Under the pieces are notes generated by a model. That model was given only the letters and a program-made list of their open reading frames with translations. It was not told where the DNA came from and did no database searches. This document shows, piece after piece, positions 40,279-49,648 of a stretch of 64,000 bases of DNA. The position numbers were made by a program, and so were the translations under genes. Origin of the DNA: Candidatus Latescibacterota bacterium (GTDB lineage Bacteria; Latescibacterota; MWCZ01); contig JAKJDF010000003.1 of NCBI GenBank assembly GCA_022706085.1, positions 338,879 to 402,878 on the forward strand. The letters run 5' to 3'. Positions within the stretch are counted from its first letter, which is position 1. Each line of letters starts with the position of its first letter.

Positions 40279-42945
40279 GTGACTTCTCGAAGTCGTTTGC
40301 CACGAGCAACCGTATCGCAGCTTGAACGGATTGTCGGACGTGGTTTCGTGATCGTGGACGAAGCCCTGCTGCAACTGCACGCCGAAACCAGAGGCAGCGA
40401 TTCCGTCCGCCCGGTGGCAATTCTGCTACCCTCCACGGATGAGCAGGTTTCTCAACTTTTTCGCCTGCTCGGGAGAGAGGGGCTTGGTGCTTCGGTGCGC
40501 GGCGGTGGCTCCGGTCTGGTCTGGGGGGCACTCCCACACGACGCGGTCACAGTAATCAGCACCGCGCGGATGAACACACCCCTGCGAATTGTTCCGGAAC
40601 AGATGAATGTCACTGCGGGGGCAGGAGTGCGGATAGAGGAAATCGCTGCCGGCGTGGCTGCACACGGATTCCGACTTTGTGGCGGAATGGACATGCCCCC
40701 GTTTGCCACGGCAGGCGGATTTGTCGCGAGAAACGGGGATGGTTACGGTGGACCCTTAGGGCTCGCAGATGGCCTCTTGTCCGGAATCAGGTGCGTTTTC
40801 GCGTCGGGTGACATCGTCTCGTCTTCCAAGTCGGGTTTCAGCGGACCGCTCGATCTGCACGGGTTCGCCGTGGGGTCGGAAGGGACCCTTTGTGTCGTCA
40901 CCGAGGCGACGTTTCGCCTGGAACCCGCGCCGCCGAGAGAAGTGATTGTGGTGGCGTTGTTTCGGGACGTGGTTGCCGCAACCGTCGCCGGTGTGGGTCT
41001 GTTCAAGACGGGGTTCTTACCGGACAGCGCGGACATTATCGCCGCAGAAGCCATTCGAGGGGCTCTGGCGGGCGAAGCGGCGGCAGCCGCAGGCGCGGCG
41101 TTGCTGGTCTCTATCTCCGGTGGTGAGCAGGACGTGGAGGACGGTGCGCAATGGGTATCGGGTATCTGCCATGATTTCCTCGCGATGCAGGCTCTCGTGA
41201 CTGAGAACCGGCAGAGGCAAGAGATAGCGAATTGCTGGCGTTCCGCGCAGCGCCAGTTCTGCTCGCCTCATGGCGGTGTGCTTGCGGATTTTTCCTGCCC
41301 GCTGGCGGCTCTTCCGGAGCTGACGGGATATGCCCTGGGGCAGGCGCGGGAGTACGGAGTTGTCCTGTCTGGAATGGTCAGGGTGGCTTCTGAGTGTCTT
41401 TGGATGCATGGTGCAGCGAAACAGGGCGAGGAGGCAAAAGAACAGGCTTTCGCGGCGCGGCTTCAGGAGAAGGCGTTGGCGCTGAAAGGGAGCGCTCTTG
41501 CCGCGCACGGTGTTGGAGCGCGACGACTGGATTTGTTGCCGTCGCTGCACCGAGAGGCCGATCTGGACGCGATGAGACGTATCGATGCGGTGTTTGACAA
41601 GGACGCCATTTTGTCTCTTTCCCTCCCGCAGGCACGAAGCGCGGAACGGCGTGACATTGTTGCACGCAGGAGGCGTGAGGAAGAGGTCAGGGTACTCAAG
41701 GCAAAAACAGCGGAGATTACCAGCAAGGCATCGCTTGGCGCTCTTGCTGAGTCGTTGGCCGTCCCGGCACCGGAGGTATTGGGCTTACTGGTGCGGTCGG
41801 CGAGGGAACGAGGCATCGTGCTTTCAATAAACGGGTTTCCTCGCGGCGCTTCCCTCGACCTCGACACTTCAGGTCTGAACAAGGTCGTGCTCTCCGACAA
41901 CACAAGCAGAGTAGTTGTCGCGGAGGCAGGGATTGCTCTGAATGACCTGGCCACCCATCTCGCCGCCAACGGGCTGTGGTTCCCCGGGTCACCCTACGTC
42001 GACGGCGCCATTCGTCTCGGGGATTTTCTTGCCTGGGAGACTGAGGGCGGGTTTGCGCCGGGGTACGGGAGAATGTACTCGCGGGTCCTCGGGCTGGAGG
42101 CGGTTACGGGTCGCGGAGACGTGATGTCCTGGGGCGGGATGGTTCGCATGCAACATGCTGGATTGCGACTTTCTGAACTTTGCCTCGGGAAGCGGAACCG
42201 GTACGCGATCATCACCGCAGTTGCGTTGCGTGTCGCGGTTACTCCCGCCACCAGGCAGTGCGTAGTCGCGTCTTACGACAATATCGCGGCCGCGTCGAGC
42301 TTCGCTCGCCTCGCGCTGCGGGGAGGGCAAGGGAGTTCAGGGCACCTTGCCCCTCGCGCGGTAGCCCTTTTCAATGGTCCGCCAGGTAGTGGTCGCTCGG
42401 GAGAAGGTGTCTCTGTGGTCGTGGAGTTTTCGGGAACCTCTTCCTCCGTGGCGGGACACGTGAACCGTGCGACGGTACTGGCGGCCGTGGAGGGAGCGGA
42501 CCACATTACTTCCCACGAAGACAAGGCGTGCGAAGGCCTCTGGAGACGTATCGCAGAACGGTACAGCCCCGTGCCGGACGCCGTCAACGACGAAAGTCTG
42601 AAGCTGGTTTTGACTACCCCACCGGACACGCTCGGGTTCTGCCTTGACCATATTTCTCGCGCCTGTTCACGCCGCGGGCGCAGATGTGAGTATGTTGCCG
42701 ATGCGCTGGCTGCGCGGGCAGACGTTGTTGTCCCGAACGGGGTATCGGTGGCTCCCGAGATTCTGCGGGAACTGGACGAGAATCTGACGGAGACGCCCGC
42801 AAGGATCGAGGTGTTTTCCCGGCATGAAGGCCTGCAGGAATTCATGCAGAACCAAGGACAGCCTCCGCTGGCGGAGGAACTTAAACAGCAGTTCGACCCG
42901 AGCGGGATACTGCCTTCCGGCCGTCTCCCCGCGATCGGCAGATGA
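40279..42945 (+). CDS. tandem-duplicated FAD-linked oxidase (two FAD_binding_4 + FAD-oxidase_C units in one 888-aa chain)
   Basis: First unit PSTDEQ...GGGSGLVWGA ... DAVFDKDAILS; second unit VVAEAGIALNDL...GLWFPGSPY ... QQFDPSGILPSGR. GTG start. Confidence 0.6.
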   Translation: MTSRSRLPRATVSQLERIVGRGFVIVDEALLQLHAETRGSDSVRPVAILLPSTDEQVSQLFRLLGREGLGASVRGGGSGLVWGALPHDAVTVISTARMNTPLRIVPEQMNVTAGAGVRIEEIAAGVAAHGFRLCGGMDMPPFATAGGFVARNGDGYGGPLGLADGLLSGIRCVFASGDIVSSSKSGFSGPLDLHGFAVGSEGTLCVVTEATFRLEPAPPREVIVVALFRDVVAATVAGVGLFKTGFLPDSADIIAAEAIRGALAGEAAAAAGAALLVSISGGEQDVEDGAQWVSGICHDFLAMQALVTENRQRQEIANCWRSAQRQFCSPHGGVLADFSCPLAALPELTGYALGQAREYGVVLSGMVRVASECLWMHGAAKQGEEAKEQAFAARLQEKALALKGSALAAHGVGARRLDLLPSLHREADLDAMRRIDAVFDKDAILSLSLPQARSAERRDIVARRRREEEVRVLKAKTAEITSKASLGALAESLAVPAPEVLGLLVRSARERGIVLSINGFPRGASLDLDTSGLNKVVLSDNTSRVVVAEAGIALNDLATHLAANGLWFPGSPYVDGAIRLGDFLAWETEGGFAPGYGRMYSRVLGLEAVTGRGDVMSWGGMVRMQHAGLRLSELCLGKRNRYAIITAVALRVAVTPATRQCVVASYDNIAAASSFARLALRGGQGSSGHLAPRAVALFNGPPGSGRSGEGVSVVVEFSGTSSSVAGHVNRATVLAAVEGADHITSHEDKACEGLWRRIAERYSPVPDAVNDESLKLVLTTPPDTLGFCLDHISRACSRRGRRCEYVADALAARADVVVPNGVSVAPEILRELDENLTETPARIEVFSRHEGLQEFMQNQGQPPLAEELKQQFDPSGILPSGRLPAIGR

Positions 42946-42961
42946 ACATCGGGAATACGAC

Positions 42962-43414
42962 ATGAGCCTTTTGATTGCGCCGAAAGCCCTCGAGAAATGG
43001 GCCTCGAACGACCTCGATGCCCGGAAAAACCAGGATGGGTCTTATGATTTCGTTTTTCGTTACGAGGGTTCTTCGTGCCGGAACGGCGGCAAGGGATTTC
43101 CAGCGGAAATCCGTGTATGTCTCTCACCCGCGGATGTTAGAAACTGGCGCATCAAAGACCTTACGATAGTCGTGCCGCCGGTGGGGCGCGAAGGATGGGA
43201 GGCTACGTGCATTTTCGGGGAGATCGGGAAGGACAGCCTGAGGAGAATGGGGACTTGGGTTCCGTTTCGAGGACAACGCCTCGATGAAGCTCTCGCATCC
43301 GACACGACACTCAACCACGGCGGCTGCTTCTGCACACCCGCCCACGTCAATCACAAGGTGCTGCTTGCTCTTGAGACGATAAGATGGTGGTTGGATAACA
43401 AGGCGAAGGCGTGA
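42962..43414 (+). CDS. hypothetical protein (150 aa, Cys/His-containing)
   Basis: ATG-initiated ORF with no recognisable family (CRNGG...CIFGE...HGGCFCTPAH). Confidence 0.4.
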   Translation: MSLLIAPKALEKWASNDLDARKNQDGSYDFVFRYEGSSCRNGGKGFPAEIRVCLSPADVRNWRIKDLTIVVPPVGREGWEATCIFGEIGKDSLRRMGTWVPFRGQRLDEALASDTTLNHGGCFCTPAHVNHKVLLALETIRWWLDNKAKA

Positions 43415-43517
43415 ACGCGGGACTCAAAAGCGTTCGAGGTCGCGTTGGCCGGGCGCGGTGCGGAACCGTATTTTCGGGACATTGGGAACTTCGAACATTT
43501 CGCCTGTGAGGGAAACC

Positions 43518-46382
43518 GTGTATACGATCGTAATCAGCCAGAAGAACCCGGAGATGGACGCGCATGCGAGAGGTACCCTCGCAGACATACGCGATCACGG
43601 ACTCACCGGGATCACGCGTGTGGAGGTAGATCGAGTTTTCCGGGTCGAGGGAAACCTTTCCAGGGATGCTGCCGAACTTCTCGCGACGCGGCTATTCGTG
43701 GACCCGGTTGTGGAGACGTGGGCGGTGTACGCCGCAGGGGAGACTCCTGACAGGCAGGGCGCCAGCCACGTGCTTGAGATCGCGTACAACCCCGGTGTCA
43801 TGGACCCCGTGGAAGGATCTGTTCTGAAGGCTTCCAGCGACCTTGGTGTCGCGCTGGGTGCTGTACGAACAGCCGCGAGGTACCGTTTCTACGGAGAAGC
43901 GACCGCCTCTGAAATCCTTGACGCCGCGTACGCCTTTCTCGCGAACAAGACTGTCAACCACGTAGTCATGGGGAACGATGACCTCCCCAAGCCGTTCGCC
44001 GCTGAGGAATTCAAGGGTCCCTCCCACGTAGAGCTGGTCGACCGTGATGATGATGACTTGATGGCGATCAGTCGCGGGCGCGGGTTATCCCTGAGCATAT
44101 CCGAAATGCGGCGGATCAAGGAACACTTCGAACAACTGGGCAGGAATCCTACTGACATAGAACTGGAAACCCTCGCTCAGACCTGGTCCGAGCACTGCGT
44201 CCACAAGACGTTCAAAGGCAGAATTGAGTTCGACGGTGAAGTCATCGACAATTTGCTCAAACAGACCATCGTGAAGGCGACTCAGGAGCTTGCGAAGCCC
44301 TGGTGCGTGTCTGTATTTGATGACAACGCCGGAGTGATCGAGTTTGACGAGAAGAACCATATTTGTTTCAAAGTGGAGACCCATAACCATCCCAGTGCGC
44401 TGGAACCGTACGGCGGTGCCGGAACGGGCATCGGAGGGGTGATCAGGGATGTGTTGGGGACCGGGCTCGGGGCGAAACCGGTAGCCAACACCGACGTGTT
44501 CTGTTTCGCCCGGCCCGATTACCCGGCGGACGAGATTCCGGACGGTATACTCCATCCACGGCGGATCATGCGCGGCGTTGTCGCGGGCGTACGGGATTAC
44601 GGCAACCGGATGGGTGTACCTACCGTCAATGGTGCGGTCATTTTCGACGATCGCTATCTCGGCAATCCGCTCGTCTACTGCGGTACCGTCGGTTTGCTGC
44701 CCGTCGGGTGCGAGCGGAAAACCGTGCTTCCCGGAATGAAGATAGTGGTTGTCGGCGGGCGAACCGGACGAGACGGTATTCACGGTGCGACGTTCAGCAG
44801 CGCAGAGTTGGGCAGTGACGAGGAGAACGTCTGGTCCAACGCTGTTCAGATCGGCAACCCCATTACGGAGAAGAAAGTCACGGATGTTCTGATGATGGCA
44901 CGTGACAGGGGATTGTACAGTGCTATCACTGACTGCGGGGCAGGGGGGTTGTCTTCCGCAGTAGGGGAAATGGGTGAGCGGACCGGTGCGGTAGTGGACC
45001 TTGAACGCGCACCGCTGAAGTACGAGGGGCTGAGCTACACCGAGGTATGGATCTCCGAAGCTCAGGAACGGATGGTACTTGCGGTCCCTCCACAACATGC
45101 GGAGGAACTGCTGGCGCTGTTTGAGTCCGAAAACGTTGAAGCGACGGTGATTGGAGAGTTCACGGACACCGGAAGGCTGGTTCTGCGGTACCACGGTGTT
45201 GAGGTTGCGGATTTGGACATGAGGTTCCTGCACAAAGGTGTGCCTCAGGTTCGCAGGAACGCTGTGTGGCGACCGCGGGAAGAGTGCGATCCAGTGTTCG
45301 AAGAACCCGCGTCGCTGAATGCGGATTTGCTGGCGCTTCTCTCGCATCCGACGATCGCAAGTAAGGAATGGATTATTCGCCAATACGATCATGAGGTGCA
45401 AGGCGGTTCAGCGCTGAAGCCGCTGGTTGGCGTGGAGAATGACGGGCCTTCGGACGCATCCGTAATCCGTCCGGTTCTCGACAGCGAAAAAGGTGTGCTT
45501 CTTGCCAACGGTATCAATCCACGGTACTCACTCTTGGACCCATACTTCATGGGCCTTGCCGTTATTGACGAGGCGATCCGGCAGGTCGTGGCGGCCGGGG
45601 GTAACCGCGGCCGAACGGCGCTTCTGGACAATTTCTGCTGGGGCAATCCGGAGAACCCGGAACGCCTCGGGGAACTGGTGCGGGCCGCGCGGGGATGTTA
45701 TGAGGCGGCGAAGGCATTCGAAACGCCTTTCATAAGCGGCAAGGACAGTTTTTACAACGAGTACGCCGTTCCTTCCGGCACGATTGCGATACCGCCAACG
45801 CTGTTAATAAGCGCAATTTGTGTGATTGAAGATGTACGGAAACTGGTGAGTATGGACTTGAAGGAACCGGGCCATTTCGTGTACGTGGTGGGGCTTACGC
45901 GTGCTGAGATGGGTGGTTCGCACTACTGGATGCTGCACGATGCGATCGGCCGTGATGTGCCGAAGGTTGACCTCGCGAGTGCGCCAACAGCGATGGACAA
46001 GATGAGCGCCGCAATTCGGGCTGGGTGTGTGCGGGCATGCCACGATTGCTCTGAGGGAGGTATCGGTGTAGCGGCGGCCGAGATGGCGTTTTCGGGCGGC
46101 GTGGGCTGTGAAATCGATCTGGGGCACTTGCCCGCGGATTCAACGCACGGGCGATCGGATATCCTGTTGTTCAGTGAGTCGCCCACCAGGTGGATATGCG
46201 AGGTACCTCCTGACCGGCAGAAAGAGTTCGAGACTATCATGGAAGGCACTCCGCACGGTCGCGTTGGGCAGACAACGGCTTCACTGAGGATGCGTGTCAC
46301 GGGTCTCTCCGGCAACGCGGTGATCGATCTGTCGCTGGAAGAAATGAAAGAGGCCTGGCAGCGCACCTTGCGAGAGGTGTGA
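43518..46382 (+). CDS. purL: phosphoribosylformylglycinamidine synthase, fused PurS-PurL
   Basis: N-terminal approx. 80-aa PurS-like domain (YTIVISQKN...GITRVEVDRVFRVEG) then PurL (AIR-synthase-like repeats, 974-aa frame). GTG at 43518 has a GAGGGA RBS; the frame is open from 43458. Confidence 0.85.
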   Translation: MYTIVISQKNPEMDAHARGTLADIRDHGLTGITRVEVDRVFRVEGNLSRDAAELLATRLFVDPVVETWAVYAAGETPDRQGASHVLEIAYNPGVMDPVEGSVLKASSDLGVALGAVRTAARYRFYGEATASEILDAAYAFLANKTVNHVVMGNDDLPKPFAAEEFKGPSHVELVDRDDDDLMAISRGRGLSLSISEMRRIKEHFEQLGRNPTDIELETLAQTWSEHCVHKTFKGRIEFDGEVIDNLLKQTIVKATQELAKPWCVSVFDDNAGVIEFDEKNHICFKVETHNHPSALEPYGGAGTGIGGVIRDVLGTGLGAKPVANTDVFCFARPDYPADEIPDGILHPRRIMRGVVAGVRDYGNRMGVPTVNGAVIFDDRYLGNPLVYCGTVGLLPVGCERKTVLPGMKIVVVGGRTGRDGIHGATFSSAELGSDEENVWSNAVQIGNPITEKKVTDVLMMARDRGLYSAITDCGAGGLSSAVGEMGERTGAVVDLERAPLKYEGLSYTEVWISEAQERMVLAVPPQHAEELLALFESENVEATVIGEFTDTGRLVLRYHGVEVADLDMRFLHKGVPQVRRNAVWRPREECDPVFEEPASLNADLLALLSHPTIASKEWIIRQYDHEVQGGSALKPLVGVENDGPSDASVIRPVLDSEKGVLLANGINPRYSLLDPYFMGLAVIDEAIRQVVAAGGNRGRTALLDNFCWGNPENPERLGELVRAARGCYEAAKAFETPFISGKDSFYNEYAVPSGTIAIPPTLLISAICVIEDVRKLVSMDLKEPGHFVYVVGLTRAEMGGSHYWMLHDAIGRDVPKVDLASAPTAMDKMSAAIRAGCVRACHDCSEGGIGVAAAEMAFSGGVGCEIDLGHLPADSTHGRSDILLFSESPTRWICEVPPDRQKEFETIMEGTPHGRVGQTTASLRMRVTGLSGNAVIDLSLEEMKEAWQRTLREV

Positions 46383-46389
46383 GCTCCGG

Positions 46390-47226
46390 ATGCACCTCCG
46401 CGCGGAGGATCTTGAAGCGTACCGGGACCGGTTGTGGTGCCGCCTGCCATCGCTCCGAATCCATGATGAGGATGAGGCCGCCGCGTATCTGCAGCGGGTT
46501 CCGATGTGCCTCGCTTTTGGTGGGTATGCGCTCGGTGTGCCCACGATGTGGGTGGCCGCATGCGGCGTCCGCAATCCAGTTTTCCCCAGGCATTCCCATC
46601 ACGACGCGGCAGTAGGATTGGTATGGCGTGCGAAAGAGACGCTGGTCCATTCTGGTGCCGCGTATTACGGGCGTTTGTTCCTCAACAGACCCTCCTTTGT
46701 TGCCAGGAGCTGGCTTGCCACGGTGCTGGCCGGGTACCCGCCGGTGAAGCTTTCGCAAGAAGCACAGGCTGTTTCGCAAACGCTGAAAGAATCAGGTCCT
46801 CTTCCCACACGAGAACTCGGCATCCGGTCGGGCATTTGTGACCGACGGGTCCTCACAAAGGCGCTTGAGGAAGCCCAGACGGGATTGCGGGTTACAAAGG
46901 TGGAGGAACGCAGCGACCCGTTCACGTACGTGTGGGGTACGCTGAGCACGCTCTACGCGCAGGAAATCGATCAGGCGAAGGAGATTCCTCAGTGTGTCGC
47001 ACAGAGGAAGATCGTCGCGCTGTGGTTGAATTCGCTTGGATTTACACAAGCGGGGCGTCTCGCGAGGATACTCGGATGGGATGAGCGTATCGTCCGGAAC
47101 GCACTCGCCGATCTCGTCGCTTCAAAAACCGTTGTGGACGAGGTTTCACTGGAAGGCGCACGCGGATTCTGGGTGGGCATCCCCAGGCTTCTTGACGAAG
47201 GGATTACTGGCCCTGCGGTCGAGTGA
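46390..47226 (+). CDS. hypothetical protein, possibly winged-helix containing
   Basis: ATG ORF of 278 aa with no confident family; 3' end overlaps the convergent BMC gene by about 23 nt. Confidence 0.4.
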   Translation: MHLRAEDLEAYRDRLWCRLPSLRIHDEDEAAAYLQRVPMCLAFGGYALGVPTMWVAACGVRNPVFPRHSHHDAAVGLVWRAKETLVHSGAAYYGRLFLNRPSFVARSWLATVLAGYPPVKLSQEAQAVSQTLKESGPLPTRELGIRSGICDRRVLTKALEEAQTGLRVTKVEERSDPFTYVWGTLSTLYAQEIDQAKEIPQCVAQRKIVALWLNSLGFTQAGRLARILGWDERIVRNALADLVASKTVVDEVSLEGARGFWVGIPRLLDEGITGPAVE

Positions 47227-47833
47227 AAAGAGCCTGAATCACAGGGTCGGGATGCGGGATAACATGCGTTGAGGCCAGGGTGCCGACGCGTTCTGCCGCC
47301 ACGGCCCCGGCTGCGAGAGACGCTGTGACAGCCGAAACGTCGCCCGTGACGAGAACGGAAACCCTTGTCTGCCCGATCTTCTCTTTGGCAAGAAGCCCCA
47401 CATCGGCGGATTTGAGCATTGCGTCAAGCGCGGCCACGGCGCCGGCGAAGCCGCGCGTTTCCAGCATCCCCATTGCACGGTCATCCACCGGAACGAGTCC
47501 AACTGCTGGGATTATGTGGTTCCGGGATTTCAGAAGGCCGCTGATCGAGGGTTTGCACGCTATCCACATGGTGTATGCGCACGACGAGTAGCGCGGGATG
47601 ACTGTCGCGCCCACCAGAGCATCCAACTGCCTGGCTGTTGCTTCTCCGGCATCATGCGCAGCCGTGACCGCTGCCGCGTTCCCCGAAGCCTTGATGGTCA
47701 AGGCACCAAGCGTGTTGACCTCGAGCGCGATGAGGGTGATCGCCGCTGACTTCACCATCGCGTCTGCCACGACTACTGCAGGCGGAAGGCCCTGGACTTC
47801 AACGATGGTCAAAGCTTCGTCCGTTTTGCTCAT
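47204..47833 (-). CDS. bacterial microcompartment shell protein, tandem BMC domains (BMC-T, PduT-like)
   Basis: Two BMC (PF00936-type) domains. Domain 1: EALTIVEVQGL...ADAMVKSA...VIPR. Domain 2: [65 protein letters not shown]...HVIPHP. ATG start 3 nt after the aldolase stop. Confidence 0.85.
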   Translation of the reverse strand: MSKTDEALTIVEVQGLPPAVVVADAMVKSAAITLIALEVNTLGALTIKASGNAAAVTAAHDAGEATARQLDALVGATVIPRYSSCAYTMWIACKPSISGLLKSRNHIIPAVGLVPVDDRAMGMLETRGFAGAVAALDAMLKSADVGLLAKEKIGQTRVSVLVTGDVSAVTASLAAGAVAAERVGTLASTHVIPHPDPVIQALFTRPQGQ

Positions 47834-47836
47834 GCG

Positions 47837-48859
47837 TTACCTATTCGTCCGCATCTGACGCACGACCTCCGCGACAATCGCCTGAATTTCTGCTTCGGAA
47901 GGGGAGCCATCCTGCCCAAGGGGCTCGCACCCGACGGCTCCTTCGATCTCCGCAACGAAGCCATGTTCGCTGAGGATGCAGTGGAGAGTCTGGCGCACCG
48001 CGTTGAGATCGCACTTTTCTTTCGGGGAAAGTGGCTGGCGGGATTGCCCCATAACGAAGCCCCTCAAGCTGGCTGCCGCACGGAAGCCTTCCGGGAATCC
48101 CGCTCCGAACAGCATGACATTGATGAGCTCCAGCAGCTTGAACTGGATTCTGCGCGCCTCCTCGATCTGACCCGATTCCGCAAGCGCGTACAACTTCATC
48201 ACAACTTCCGGAACGATTCCGCTTGTGGCGATGGTTCCCCCATCGCCGCCCATCAACAACGCGGGCAGAATGATCTCTTCGGTACCGATGAGAATGCTGA
48301 AATCGGGGCGCCGTGGCCGCATACGGTTGATCAGGTTGAGGAAACGCGGAAAATCCCGGCTCGAATCTTTGATGCCGACGATGCGTGGGAAATCAGCAAG
48401 ACGCTCGATGGTGTCCAGGCTGATTTCGTTGGCAAACTGCGGGATGTTGTAAAGCACGATGTCGAGTTCCGTGTGGCGCGCAAGTTCGGCGAAGTACTCA
48501 CCCACTGAGTCCTGCGAGAGTTTGAAGTAGTAAGGCGCGCAGATGGCAGCCGCAGTGCAGCCCATTTCGGCGTACGCGGCGCAGGCGGCCAATGTGTCAC
48601 GGACTGTTGCCTCTGCTGCACCAGCGAGGACGGGAACGCGCCCATTGACCTGGCTGGCAACGATCCGGATGATTTCGCGCCGTTCTTCCGGACTGAAACG
48701 GGTGAATTCCCCGGTGCTCCCGTTGGGGTAGAGGCCGCTCACTCCCTTCTGAACGAGCCATTCTACGTAGCGACGAAGCTCGTCCTCCGCGATATTCCCG
48801 TTGCGATCCAGCGGTACGAGATTTGGCGTGAGGATACCCTTAATTCTGGCCTGTGACAT
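47837..48859 (-). CDS. DHDPS/NAL-family class I aldolase (2-keto-3-deoxy-sugar-acid aldolase-like) with C-terminal extension
   Basis: GSTGEF, YNIP, Schiff-base Lys block VGIKD. About 45 extra C-terminal residues: Gly/Pro/Ser linker then amphipathic helix SEAEIQAIVAEVVRQM. Confidence 0.8.
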   Translation of the reverse strand: MSQARIKGILTPNLVPLDRNGNIAEDELRRYVEWLVQKGVSGLYPNGSTGEFTRFSPEERREIIRIVASQVNGRVPVLAGAAEATVRDTLAACAAYAEMGCTAAAICAPYYFKLSQDSVGEYFAELARHTELDIVLYNIPQFANEISLDTIERLADFPRIVGIKDSSRDFPRFLNLINRMRPRRPDFSILIGTEEIILPALLMGGDGGTIATSGIVPEVVMKLYALAESGQIEEARRIQFKLLELINVMLFGAGFPEGFRAAASLRGFVMGQSRQPLSPKEKCDLNAVRQTLHCILSEHGFVAEIEGAVGCEPLGQDGSPSEAEIQAIVAEVVRQMRTNR

Positions 48860-48875
48860 GTCAGTCCGCTCTTCA

Positions 48876-49640
48876 TCAGAAGGTGATGGTCAATCCGCCG
48901 TCGATGGTGATTGTTTCACCAGTAATGTATGTTGCGTAGGGACCTGCAAGGAATACCACCGCTCCGGCGATTTCGTCCGGTCTGCCGGCACGGCGGAGAG
49001 GGAGATGGTGTCCCTCGACGTAGTTGGTGCGAAACCATTCCCCGGCGAGCTCGTTTTTCCCGCCGGCTTTGACGGACATCGGGGTATCCACAAAGCCGGG
49101 TGCAACTGCATTCACGAGGATGCCCTGGTCCGCAAGTTCCACGGCAAGGGCCCGAACGTACTGTGTAAGTGCGCCTTTTGCTGTTGCGTAGGCGGAAGCG
49201 CCTTTCTCGACCCGTTCGCGATGGATGCTTGTAACCACCACGATCCTGCTTCCGAAAGGCATCAGAGGGACGAACGCGCGTGTGCAATGCACGGCTCCCA
49301 TGAGCATGGTGTCAATGGGAAGCATCCAATCCGCGAGTTCGGAAGTTATGGGATGGGCTGCAGCCGACACGCCTGCGTTATTTACCAGCACGTGGAGCGC
49401 ACCCCAGCGATCACGGATCAGGTCCCTCGCGTTCGCTACCTGAGCCGCAACAGTGACGTCGGTCGGAATCACAAGATGGTCGCCTTCCGGCATGGCACTG
49501 CGGGTTTCTTCAAGCATTTCCTTCCGTCGCCCCAGCAGCCCGACAGACGCTCCTTCCCGTGCAAAGCGCACGGCGATGGAGCGTCCGATGCCGCTTCCCG
49601 CCCCGGTGATCACGGCGTTTTTGCCGTCCAATGTGCCCAT
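48876..49640 (-). CDS. SDR family sugar dehydrogenase
   Basis: TGAGSGIGR Rossmann motif, NNAG, SxnY...K catalytic pattern. GAGGAA RBS before the ATG at 49640. Confidence 0.8.
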   Translation of the reverse strand: MGTLDGKNAVITGAGSGIGRSIAVRFAREGASVGLLGRRKEMLEETRSAMPEGDHLVIPTDVTVAAQVANARDLIRDRWGALHVLVNNAGVSAAAHPITSELADWMLPIDTMLMGAVHCTRAFVPLMPFGSRIVVVTSIHRERVEKGASAYATAKGALTQYVRALAVELADQGILVNAVAPGFVDTPMSVKAGGKNELAGEWFRTNYVEGHHLPLRRAGRPDEIAGAVVFLAGPYATYITGETITIDGGLTITF

Positions 49641-49648
49641 TCCGTTCC

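Noticed and set aside
44085-45401. 438-aa minus-strand ORF
   Set aside because: Antisense to purL.
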